IMG/VR virus record: IMGVR_UViG_3300021958_000023
Span: 109,520-173,519 of that record
Strand: one strand, 5' to 3'
Source of the DNA: a virus
Taxonomy: Duplodnaviria > Caudoviricetes
DNA: 64,000 nt
Shown here: positions 47,401-56,334 of the stretch, one piece after another
How the letters are laid out: each line of letters begins with the position of its first letter
Position numbering within the stretch: the first letter of the stretch is position 1
Translations under genes and position numbers: made by a program
Notes under the pieces: generated by a model
What the model was told of the DNA's origin: nothing
What the model saw: the letters and a program-made list of their open reading frames with translations, nothing else
Databases searched by the model: none

Positions 47401-50400
47401 TCTAAAGTAGAAACTGTTGTAGTTAAGCTAGTTAGATTGCTTTGAACTGTATTTATGTTTGTAGAATTAGTTGCAGCGTTAGCTGATACTGTGCCAATAG
47501 CTGTAGTAAGTGTTGCAGAAAGATTCGCATCATTACCAAGTGCGGCTGCAATCTCGTTTAAAGTATCAAGAGTAGCAGGAGCTGAATCTACAAGGTTAGC
47601 AATCTCTGTATCAACATAAGTTGTAGAAGCAAATGTTGAGTTAGCATATGAACCAAGTTGATCTACTTCACTATCTAGAGCAGTTACAGTTGAAGTCAAG
47701 CTAGTTAGGTTAGATTGCACTACGTTTAAATTAGTGTCTGTAGCAAAAGTAGAATTAGCGTATGTACCAAAAGCATTTAGATTATCTGTTACGGTATCTA
47801 CTCTAGGGTCATTTCCTGACACTGTAGTAAACGTTGAGTTAGCATATGTTGCAAAGCTATCTACATTTGCTTGTACTATATTAAGATTAGTATCTGTAGC
47901 AAAAGTAGTATTAGCGTATGTACCGAGTTGGTCTACCTCAGCGTCAAGAGCAGTTACGGTAGCGTCTGTTGTAGTTAGATTACTCTGAACAGTATTAACT
48001 GAAGTAATAGTAGCAAATGTTGTGTTAGAATAAGTACCGAGCTGATCAACTTCGCTATCTAGTGCGGTGACTGTAGAATCAAGAGTTGTAAGGTTACTTT
48101 GTACAGTGTCAATATTAGTATTCGCACTATCAATTCCATGAGTTAATGAGTTAATAGAAGTGTTTGTAGAGATAGCAAACGAATCTAGGTTGGATGTGAT
48201 AGTGTCTACACCGATTACATCTGTAGAAACTAACTGTCTCTTTTCATAGTATGTCCCGTCACCAATAAATACTTCTCCAGAACCTAGATTTGGAATATCA
48301 TTAGTTCTACCAGCACCCATTACTTCAATAATACCGCTAGCAGCTACTTTTGTTACCTTACCTAAATTCTGAATTAATGCAGAAGAACCTGTTGGCTTAA
48401 CATTAGCTAGATTACCGCTTGTACTAACATAAAGTGTTTCATTAGGATTAAAGGTAGTAGTATTTAAACCTTTGAATTCTCCAAAAGCAACTATTCTACC
48501 CTCTCCACTTGTTAAAATTTCTTCTTCAACTAGACCAATAGCTGGCATAGCAGCCGTATTTGAAGAATCAGCTAAAGCAATTAAAGGATGATTACCGCTA
48601 TATCCAGTAATATGAACGGCTTTACCTTTTGAAATAGTACTGCCTGTAAAGTTCTTAACAGGGAATGTTATAGATCTAGACCTTTGTACTGTACCAAAGC
48701 TTAAGTTGCCGCTAGCATCTGTTATAATAGCTTCGCGTTCTGCACCATCTACTGTTGGATAAGAAATTCCATTTGCTGTTAGAATATCAGTCTGAATAGT
48801 ATTAGCTTTTGCAACGTTGACATTAACATTAGCCAAACTAAAGGTATTATGAAGAGGATTTACATTTACAGTATCCTCATTACCATCGTTATAAGTATTA
48901 AAGATATAGAATTCTTTTGTGCCTGCATCTCTATAGAAACCAGCGTGATTAGATGTAGCACCATCATAGTAATGACCAAAGAAACCAATATCAAGAGTAT
49001 CAGCAGATTCATTATTGTTAGCTAAATGAATTAGTCCATCTTCTGTATTAATAGTTGTTTGGTTAACAATTGTAGTATTACCAGTTACTGTTAAATCACC
49101 GTCAATAGTTACATCATTCTGGAAAGTTACATCAGCAGCAACTGATTGAGTAGTGCCTGTAGTCTTATTTAAATAATCTGTAGTAAGACTAGAAGAAGTA
49201 GCAAAAGTAGTATTAGCATAAGTACCAAAAGAATCAACATGACTACTTACTACATCGATATTATCCTGGACTCCATTAACTGAGGTCTTTGTAGCAAACG
49301 TTGTATTAGCATATGTACCGAATTGGTCTACCTCACTATCTAAAGCAGTTACTGTAGTATCAAGAGTGGTTAAATTAGACTGTACTGTGTCAATATTGGT
49401 ATTAGATCCTTCAATACCGTGTGTTAAAGAACCTATTGTAGTATTAGTGTAGGAAGCAAAAGAGTTTAAGTTACTTAATACTGAATCTACTCTTGGGTCT
49501 CCACCTGATACAGTAGTAAAGGTTGCATTAGCATAAGAAGCAAATGAAGCTGCATTTGCTTGCACTGTATTAAGATTAACATCGGTAGCGAAAGTGGTAT
49601 TAGCATACGTACCAAGCTGATCTACCTCAGCGTTAAGGGCTGTTACAGTAGCATCTGTTATAGTTAGGTTAGATTGTACTGTATTAACTGAGGTGGTAGT
49701 AGCAAAAGTTGAATTAACATAAGTACCGAGCTGATCTACATCGGCACTAAGAGCTGTTGCAGTCGCGTCTGTTGTAGCAAGATTACTCTGTACTGTATTA
49801 ACTGATGTTTGAGTAGCAAATGTTGAGTTAGCATAGGTGCCTAGCTGATCGATTTCTGAGTTTAAGCCAGTAACAGTTGAATCTAGAGTAGTTAAGTTAG
49901 ACTGTACTGTATCAATATTGGTATTAGCACCGGTTAATCCGTGAGATACTGCTGAAACATTATCTTGTACAGTATTAACTGAAATGATAGTAGCAAACGT
50001 TGTGTTAGCGTATGTACCGAGCTGATCTACCTCACTACCTAGTGCAGTTACTGTAGTATTAAGAGTAGTAAGATTGCTTTGTACAGTATTAAGATTGGTA
50101 TCAGTAGCAAATGTTGTGTTAGCATAAACTGCAAAAGAGTCTACATTGCCTTGAAGAATATTAATACTATTTGTAAGAGTATTAACTTGAGTACCAACAT
50201 TTGCATCTACAGTATTTAAATTAGTTTGTGTAGCAAAAGTTGTATTAGAGTAAGTTCCAAGAGTATCAAGATTAGTAGAGTTTATAGCTGCGTTTGCAGA
50301 AACAGTACCAATTGCGTTTGTAAGAGTTACAGAAAGATTAGCATCGTTTCCTAATGAAGCAGCTAACTCATTAAGAGTATTCAAGGTTTCCGGTGCTGCA

Positions 50401-53400
50401 TTAACTAATCCTGATACTTCTTGATCGACATAGCTCACAGAAGCAAAAGTAGTATTAGCATAAGTAGCATACGAATCTGCGTTAGCTTGTACGATATTTA
50501 GGTTTGTATCAGTAGCAAAAGTTGCATTAGCGTATGAACCAAGTTGATCTACTTCTGCATTTAAACTAGTAATAGTAGCGTCTGTTGTAGTTAGATTGCT
50601 CTGTACAGTATTAACCGAGGTTTTAGTAGCGAATGTTGCGTTAGCGTATGTACCAAGCTGGTCTACTTCACCGTCTAGTGTAGTTACTGTAGAATTAATG
50701 GAATCCACATTACTCTGTACTGTATTAAGGTTTGTATCAGTAGCAAAAGTTGAATTAGCGTATGTACCAAGTTGATCTACTTCTGCATTTAAACTAGTAA
50801 CCGTTGAATCTAGAGTAGTTAAGTTACTCTGTACAGTATTAAGGTTGGTATCAGTAGCAAAAGCTGTATTAGAGTACGAAGCAAATAGGTGTAGGTTATC
50901 TTGAACACTATCTACTCCAGCAGCTGAGATTAGTAATGTATCTGTTGCTACGTTTGTAGTAAGTTCAATGCCAGACCCTACTTCAAAAGTAAGAGTGTCT
51001 GCGGGACCATCAGCAGTAATAGACGCTTGGCCAGATACAGCTACAGTTTTAAATGCTTGAGTAACAACACCACCGCCAGCAGCTACGTTTTCTGCATTAA
51101 AGGTAATAGTAGTACCAGTTACCTCGATATTCATAGCAGATCCACTAACAAAAGTTAGAGTAGCAGCATTTGACGGGGCTATAGCAGCCCCTTTACTATC
51201 AACTTGTACCTCTCTAAAGTATTTATGAGATCTAATTTCTGAATTTGCAACAACAGCATTGTGAATAAGATCTGCAATATCTACATTAGAAGAATTTAAC
51301 CCATAAACAACTGAGTCTACATTAGAAGAGACAGTATCAATATTAGTATTTGCACCACTAAGGCCAAAAATAATTGAGGTAGTTTCTGTCTGGTTGGCGA
51401 AGGTTGAGTTAGCATAAGATCCTAAAGTATCAACTTCAGAGCTAAGAGCAGTAACGGTAGCGTCTGTAGTAGTTAGATTACTCTGTACAGTATTTACCGA
51501 AGTCTTATTAGCAAACGTTGCATTAGCGTATGTACCGAGTTGATCTACTTCACTATCTAGAGTAGTTACTGTTGAATCGAGAGTAGAAACATTACCTTGT
51601 ACAGTATTAAGATTTGTATCAGTAGCAAAAGTAGTATTAGAGTAAGAAGCAAAAGCGCTTAAATTATTTTCAACTCTATCTACGCTTGCTTGACTGACTC
51701 CGGTTGAGAAAGTTGCATTAGCATAGGTACCAAAAGCATCTAATTCACTATTCAGAGTAGATACATTAGACTGCACAGTATTAACTGATGTCGTAGTAGC
51801 AAAAGTTGCATTAGTGTAAGTACCTAGTGTATCAAGATTAGTAGCATTAGTTGCAGCATTAGAAGAGACTGTACCAATAGCTGCAGTAAGAGTAACAGAC
51901 AGATTAGCATCATTTCCAAGCGCTGCTGCTAGTTCATTAAGAGTGTCTAGGGTTTCAGGTGCTGAAGCTACAAGGTTAGCTAGCTCTGTATCTACATATG
52001 TAGTTGATGCGAAAGTTGCGTTAGCGTAAGTACCGAGTTGATCTATTTCAGCATTTAAACCTGTAACAGTAGCGTCTATGGTATTTAAATTAGACTGAAC
52101 AGTGTTAATGTTGGTCTGTAAGGTTGAGATTTCTGAATTAGCATAAGATCCTAAAGTATCTACTTCGCTATCTAGAGTAGTAACTGTAGTTTCTAAAGTA
52201 GAGACATTACTCTGTACAGTGTTCACTGAAGTGATAGTGGCAAACGTTGCGTTAGCGTATGAACCGAGTTGATCTACCTCACTATCTAGAGTAGTTACTG
52301 TAGTCTCTAAAGCAGCTACATTGTCTTGTACATTATTAAGATTTGTGTTAGTTGCAAACGTTGTATTAGCATATGTACCAAGCTGGTCTACTTCTGAATT
52401 TAAGGCAGTCACAGTAGAATCTAAGGTAGCTACATTGTCTTGTACAGTATTAACTGAAGTAATAGTAGCGAATGTTGTGTTAGAGTAAGTACCAAGTTGG
52501 TCTACTTCACTATCTAAAGCTATAACTGTTGAATCGAGAGTAGTTAAATTACTCTGTACAGTATTAAGATTAGTATCAGTAGCGAACGTTGCGTTAGCGT
52601 ATGTAGAAAACGCGTCTACATTACCTTGTACAACATTGAGAGAGGTACGAGTAGCAAACGTACCATTCATTGTGTTTCCTAAGGTATCTACTTCAGAATT
52701 TAGAGCTACTACGGTAGCGTCAAGAGTAGTTAGGTTAGATTGTACGGTATCAATATTAGTATTAGCACCAGTTAACCCAGCAGTGAGAGAAGATATCTCT
52801 GCATTTGCATAAGTAGCATATGCATCTAAGTTAGCCTGTACTACTCCTGTGCCTCCAGAGAAGTTAGTATTAGCATAAGTAGCAAAAGCGGCTAATTCAG
52901 AATCTACTGCATCTACATTAGAAGAAACTGTATTAAGCTCAGTACGTGTAGCAAACGTACCATTCATAGTATTGCCTAAAGTATCAACTTCAGAGTTTAG
53001 AGCTGTTACATTATTTTCTAAGGTAGTAAGATTAGACTGTACTGTATTAAGATTAGTATCGGTAGCAAACGTTAAGTTGGTATATGTACCGAACTGGTCT
53101 ACTTCAGATCCAAGTGCTGTTACTGTTGAGTCAAGAGTAGCAACATTGTCTTGTACTGTATTAACAGATGTAATAGTAGCGAAAGTTGTGTTAGCATAAG
53201 TACCAAAGGCATTTACATTATCAGTTAAAGAGTCAACACGAGGGTCTCCGCCACTCACTAGAGCAAAAGTTGAGTTAGCGTATGAAGCGAAAGAATCTAC
53301 ATTACCTTGTACAGTATTAACTGAAGTATCGGCAGCAAACGTTGAGTTAGCATAGGTTGCAAAAGTACTCTGAACACTTGCAGTGAAAGAAGCATTAGAT

Positions 53401-55769
53401 GAGATTGTATTAATCTGATTTGTTAATGTAACTGATAGATTAGCATCATTGCCTAATGCAGCTGCAAGCTCATTTAGAGTATCTAGTGTTCCTGGAGCGC
53501 CATTAACTAAATTAGCTAGTTCAGTATCTACATAAGTAGTAGACGCAAACGTTGCGTTAGCATAGGTTCCTAAAGTATCAACTTCAGATTCTAGCGCAGT
53601 AATAGTTGTGTTGATACTTGCAACATTATCTTGTACTGTATTAACAGATGACTGAGTTGCAAACGTTGTATTAGAGTATGTACCTAAAGCATCTACTTCG
53701 TTGTCTAAAGCGGTGACAGTTGTTTCAAGAGTAGTAAGATTGCTCTGAACTGTATTAAGACTTGTAATAGTTGCAAACGTTGCGTTAGCATAAGTTCCGA
53801 ACTGATCTACAACAGCTTTATTAGCTGCAATAGTAGCATTAGTAGTAGAAGCAAACGAATCAGTATTAGCCTGAACTGTGTCGATAGAGGTGTTAGCAAA
53901 TGTAGCGTATGTATCTGCATTGCTCTGAACTGTATCAATAGAAGTGTTAGCGAATGTAGCGTATACATCTGCATTACTCTGTACTGTGTTAATAGCTGCA
54001 TTAGCGAATGTAGCGTATGTATCTACATTACTTTGTACAGTATCAATAGCTGCATTAGCGAAGATAGCGTATACATCTACATTACCTTGCACTGTATTGA
54101 TTGCTGCATTAGCAAAGATAGCGTATGTATCTGCATTAGCCTGTACTAAATCAATGTTAGTATTAGCACCACCTAAACCATGTATCACATTATCAAAGCG
54201 TTGTGCAATGTTACCAGTTTTACCAGAGATGACGGTTTTTGCTGATGGATCTGTTTGAGAGGTGATTTGAAACTCACCGCCTGAATCTTTTAGCTGGATG
54301 TCGCCAACAGTGATAGTGCCTGGACCTACATAGAGATCTTTCCATACAAGACTAGGAGTGCCTAGAGAGAAAAGATTGTTTGCTTGAGGAATTAGATTAG
54401 CACCAGCTGAACCGCCTACTGTAATTGCTGTTCCGTTTGAAGTAAAGAGAGCAGTTAAGTTAGCCTGTACTGAGTCAATATTTGTATTAGCTACAGAAGC
54501 ATACTCAGTCAAGTTAGACTGAACATTATCAGTAACTGTGGCAAAAGTAGAGTTTGCATATGCCCCAAAAGCGTGTAGGTTAGCTTGTACATCTGATACA
54601 CCACCACCTGTTGCAAAAGTTGCATTCGCATAAGTACCAAACTGATCTGATACAGTTTTGTTAACAACAGTATTAGAAGAAACTGTTCCAAGCTGTGTCA
54701 GAACTGTAGTAGCAAAATTAGGATCATCACCGAGCGCAGCTGCTAGTTCGTTTAGAGTATCTAGTGCTGCAGGAGCTGCGTTAATTAAATTGGCGACCTC
54801 AGTATCTACATAAGTAGTAGAGGCAAATGTTGCATTAGCGTAGGTAGCATAAGCAATAGCATTACCTTCTACTAACAAGATAGAGGCATTAGCGCCAGTA
54901 GCAAATGAGGCTGCGTTACCTTGAACTATATCAATATTTGTATTAGCACCTTGAAGTCCAAAATTTACATTACCAAACTTAAGAGCAATGTTACCTACAC
55001 CTTTTGGAAGTTCGGTGATAGATCCATCTGCTGAAGCTACAACAAAGCTGCCATTAGAGTCTGAGAGCTGAAGATCTCCAAGATTAATTGTAGTGCCCGA
55101 TAGATATAGATCACGCCATCTAAGAGTTGTAGAACCGAGATCAAAGGTAACATTGGAAGAAGGAAGTAGGTGCTGACCAGTAACTGTGACTGATGTGCCG
55201 TCTGAAGTTGCAATTGCGTCTAAATTTGACTGAACTGCGTCAATTGACGCATTAGCGGTAGTGCCTAGATGATGTAGATTAGTTTGAATGCTGTCAGAAC
55301 CGCTAGAAAAGGTAGCATTAGCATAGGTAGCGAAAGAGCTAAGATTGCTCTCAACTGTGTCGATAGAAGCATTAGCGGTAGTACCAAAGTGATGTAGATT
55401 AGTTTGTACAACTCCAGCACCTCCAGAAAAGGAGGTATTAGCATAAGTGGCAAACGCAGTAAGATTACCTTCAACTACGTCAATTGAAGAGTTAGCTGTA
55501 TTAGCATAGAGAGTGAGATTGTCTTGAACCAGACTTGCATTACCGCCAACAGCAGCAGTTGTTACAAATGTTGAATTGGCATAAGAAGCAAACGCAGTGA
55601 GATTAGAGTCTGCGGAAGTGGACATTCCTTGTTGAATGTGCGCACGTAAATTATCTACAGATAAACGACGAGTCGCAGACGATTCAACATCTACGACTAC
55701 TAGTTGATCGGTATCAGTGAGATTGGCTGCTCCTATCTGATTTAATTCAGATATTTTCTTATTTGCCAT
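44442..55769 (-). CDS. Giant repetitive fibre protein (3775 aa)
   Basis: MANKKISEL N-terminus; dozens of ~38-aa repeats (DQLGTYANTTFATDTNLNTVQSNLTTLDSTVTALDSEV); seven APxxLD/NTLNEL/IAAALG motifs; internal globular segments. Confidence 0.85.
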   Translation of the reverse strand: MANKKISELNQIGAANLTDTDQLVVVDVESSATRRLSVDNLRAHIQQGMSTSADSNLTAFASYANSTFVTTAAVGGNASLVQDNLTLYANTANSSIDVVEGNLTAFATYANTSFSGGAGVVQTNLHHFGTTANASIDTVESNLSSFATYANATFSSGSDSIQTNLHHLGTTANASIDAVQSNLDAIATSDGTSVTVTGQHLLPSSNVTFDLGSTTLRWRDLYLSGTTINLGDLQLSDSNGSFVVASADGSITELPKGVGNIALKFGNVNFGLQGANTNIDIVQGNAASFATGANASILLVEGNAIAYATYANATFASTTYVDTEVANLINAAPAALDTLNELAAALGDDPNFATTVLTQLGTVSSNTVVNKTVSDQFGTYANATFATGGGVSDVQANLHAFGAYANSTFATVTDNVQSNLTEYASVANTNIDSVQANLTALFTSNGTAITVGGSAGANLIPQANNLFSLGTPSLVWKDLYVGPGTITVGDIQLKDSGGEFQITSQTDPSAKTVISGKTGNIAQRFDNVIHGLGGANTNIDLVQANADTYAIFANAAINTVQGNVDVYAIFANAAIDTVQSNVDTYATFANAAINTVQSNADVYATFANTSIDTVQSNADTYATFANTSIDTVQANTDSFASTTNATIAANKAVVDQFGTYANATFATITSLNTVQSNLTTLETTVTALDNEVDALGTYSNTTFATQSSVNTVQDNVASINTTITALESEVDTLGTYANATFASTTYVDTELANLVNGAPGTLDTLNELAAALGNDANLSVTLTNQINTISSNASFTASVQSTFATYANSTFAADTSVNTVQGNVDSFASYANSTFALVSGGDPRVDSLTDNVNAFGTYANTTFATITSVNTVQDNVATLDSTVTALGSEVDQFGTYTNLTFATDTNLNTVQSNLTTLENNVTALNSEVDTLGNTMNGTFATRTELNTVSSNVDAVDSELAAFATYANTNFSGGTGVVQANLDAYATYANAEISSLTAGLTGANTNIDTVQSNLTTLDATVVALNSEVDTLGNTMNGTFATRTSLNVVQGNVDAFSTYANATFATDTNLNTVQSNLTTLDSTVIALDSEVDQLGTYSNTTFATITSVNTVQDNVATLDSTVTALNSEVDQLGTYANTTFATNTNLNNVQDNVAALETTVTTLDSEVDQLGSYANATFATITSVNTVQSNVSTLETTVTTLDSEVDTLGSYANSEISTLQTNINTVQSNLNTIDATVTGLNAEIDQLGTYANATFASTTYVDTELANLVASAPETLDTLNELAAALGNDANLSVTLTAAIGTVSSNAATNATNLDTLGTYTNATFATTTSVNTVQSNVSTLNSELDAFGTYANATFSTGVSQASVDRVENNLSAFASYSNTTFATDTNLNTVQGNVSTLDSTVTTLDSEVDQLGTYANATFANKTSVNTVQSNLTTTDATVTALSSEVDTLGSYANSTFANQTETTSIIFGLSGANTNIDTVSSNVDSVVYGLNSSNVDIADLIHNAVVANSEIRSHKYFREVQVDSKGAAIAPSNAATLTFVSGSAMNIEVTGTTITFNAENVAAGGGVVTQAFKTVAVSGQASITADGPADTLTFEVGSGIELTTNVATDTLLISAAGVDSVQDNLHLFASYSNTAFATDTNLNTVQSNLTTLDSTVTSLNAEVDQLGTYANSTFATDTNLNTVQSNVDSINSTVTTLDGEVDQLGTYANATFATKTSVNTVQSNLTTTDATITSLNAEVDQLGSYANATFATDTNLNIVQANADSYATYANTTFASVSYVDQEVSGLVNAAPETLNTLNELAASLGNDANLSVTLTNAIGTVSANAAINSTNLDTLGTYSNTTFATQTNLNTVDANVGTQVNTLTNSINILQGNVDSFAVYANTTFATDTNLNTVQSNLTTLNTTVTALGSEVDQLGTYANTTFATIISVNTVQDNVSAVSHGLTGANTNIDTVQSNLTTLDSTVTGLNSEIDQLGTYANSTFATQTSVNTVQSNLATTDATATALSADVDQLGTYVNSTFATTTSVNTVQSNLTITDATVTALNAEVDQLGTYANTTFATDVNLNTVQANAASFASYANATFTTVSGGDPRVDSVLSNLNSFASYTNTTIGSLTHGIEGSNTNIDTVQSNLTTLDTTVTALDSEVDQFGTYANTTFATKTSVNGVQDNIDVVSSHVDSFGTYANTTFATSSSLTTDYLNKTTGTTQSVAADVTFQNDVTIDGDLTVTGNTTIVNQTTINTEDGLIHLANNNESADTLDIGFFGHYYDGATSNHAGFYRDAGTKEFYIFNTYNDGNEDTVNVNPLHNTFSLANVNVNVAKANTIQTDILTANGISYPTVDGAEREAIITDASGNLSFGTVQRSRSITFPVKNFTGSTISKGKAVHITGYSGNHPLIALADSSNTAAMPAIGLVEEEILTSGEGRIVAFGEFKGLNTTTFNPNETLYVSTSGNLANVKPTGSSALIQNLGKVTKVAASGIIEVMGAGRTNDIPNLGSGEVFIGDGTYYEKRQLVSTDVIGVDTITSNLDSFAISTNTSINSLTHGIDSANTNIDTVQSNLTTLDSTVTALDSEVDQLGTYSNTTFATITSVNTVQSNLTTTDATVTALDAEVDQLGTYANTTFATDTNLNIVQANVDSFATYANSTFTTVSGNDPRVDTVTDNLNAFGTYANSTFATDTNLNVVQSNLTSLTSTVTALDSEVDQLGSYANSTFASTTYVDTEIANLVDSAPATLDTLNEIAAALGNDANLSATLTTAIGTVSANAATNSTNINTVQSNLTSLTTTVSTLDSEVDQFGTYANATFATITSVNTVQSNLTTTDATVTALGSEVDNLGTYSNATFATITSINTVQSNLTTTDATVTALNAEVDELGTYANTTFATDTNLNVVQSNLTSLTSTVSTLDSEVDQFGTYANSTFATITSVDTVQGNLTTTDATVTALNSEIDQIGVYSNNRFVIVESVADNFGSYANTTFATITSVNSVQSNLTTTEATLTALNSEVDNFGSYANSTFATVSGSDPRVDSVEDNLTAFGSYANSTFASTTYVDTELANLVNGAPGTLDTLNELAAALGNDANLSVTLTTKINSISSNTDIVETNLDSFATYANATFAAAVTQSDLDELNGNTDAFASYANTTFATKTSVNTVQSNLTTTDATVTALGSEVDTLGSYANATFALDTNLNTVQSNLSTLDSTVTALGSEVDTIGTYSNTTFATIVSLDSFASYANSTFSGGSDVVQSNLHALGSYANTTFAVATSVNTVQSNLHSFGSYSNTTFATTTYVDAEVANLVASAPATLDTLNELAAALGNDANLSVTLTNKINTISSNTDVVETNLSTFGSYANTTFATDTNLNTVQSNLSTLDATVTSLSSDVDALGSYVNTTFATQTSVNTVSANVDTVSHGLTGANTNINTVQSNVTVVETNLNTFGSYSNTTFLTATDIDVLTGNLDSFASYANTTLATQTSVNTVSSNVDATIHGLTGANTNINTVQSNVTVVETNLDTFGTYANSTFSAGITQASVDLVESNLTSFATYANSTFSAGITQSSVDLVETNLASFASYVNSTFATDTNLNTVQSNLTTLESTVTALGSEVDTLGSYANTTFATATSVNTVSSNVDSVIYGLTGANNSVNLVQSNVDSFASYANTTFSTGNVDAFASYANATFATGNLNQVESNAVAYATYANSTFLTTTAANVANSNFPIDASTNTFTLTQTVSNVNNMLVIIDGLVQSPDAYTVSGTTLTLSNSAPLPSGINVDVRYLQFVFPGTIDGGAI
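53862..54142. repeat. 54-bp tandem repeat (~5 copies) within the giant fibre gene
   Basis: Encodes 18-aa units DTYAI/TFANAAI/TSIN/DTVQS/GNA/V. Confidence 0.75.
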
Positions 55770-55781
55770 CCTAACCCTTCC

Positions 55782-56240
55782 TTAGTTGTCTAATAAACCT
55801 TTCATGAGAGAGTCATAATTATTATTGACCTGAACTGCAACGGTTGGTTTTTCTTTTTTCTGAACTGCGCCTTCAACGTCATGTAGGTGTTTTAGCCAAT
55901 CTAAGAGGTCTTTTTTGGAAAATACTCCGGTTTCTAGAGCGTCTTGCATTTTTTGATCTATGACAGCGTTAATCAGTTGCAATCGCTTTACTCGGTTTAA
56001 ATAACCCTGGGTGACAAATACATTGTCTATATATGACTTGACTTCTTTCTTCTCTATTATGGCAGCTACACGGTCTTCGCTTAAGTCAAACGACTCTGCT
56101 ATAGCAGAAATTGTTTTTCCTGATAAGTATTCATTAGCAACTGATAATACGATAGGATCAATTGCTGGAGAATCTAAAGCTCTCTCAATCGCTTCTACAG
56201 TTGTTGTGGGTGAAATTACTTCAACATCTGATTTTTTCAT
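55782..56240 (-). CDS. terS: Terminase small subunit (T5-like)
   Basis: VANEYL...KKEVKSYIDNVF..QGYLNR...GVFSKKDLLD...VQVNNNYDSLM pattern of T5-like TerS. Confidence 0.8.
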   Translation of the reverse strand: MKKSDVEVISPTTTVEAIERALDSPAIDPIVLSVANEYLSGKTISAIAESFDLSEDRVAAIIEKKEVKSYIDNVFVTQGYLNRVKRLQLINAVIDQKMQDALETGVFSKKDLLDWLKHLHDVEGAVQKKEKPTVAVQVNNNYDSLMKGLLDN

Positions 56241-56253
56241 CTTATCTTCCTCT

Positions 56254-56282
56254 ATCTTACACCTAAAATTCGGTTAATGCAA
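56254..56282 (-). promoter_or_regulatory. sigma70-type promoter
   Basis: TTGCAT-N17-TAAGAT upstream of terS. Confidence 0.6.
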
Positions 56283-56334
56283 TATTTAAATTTTAACAAC
56301 CCTGATACAGGGGCAACTATATATATCTTTTTTT

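Noticed and set aside
44442-55769. CRISPR array or DGR template/variable repeats
   Set aside because: The repeats are in-frame coding units with synonymous variation; there are no unique spacers, cas genes or reverse transcriptase.
44442-55769. Ice-nucleation/antifreeze protein
   Set aside because: It is Thr-rich but lacks the AGYGSTxT or regular TxT beta-solenoid periodicity; the pattern is heptad-like.
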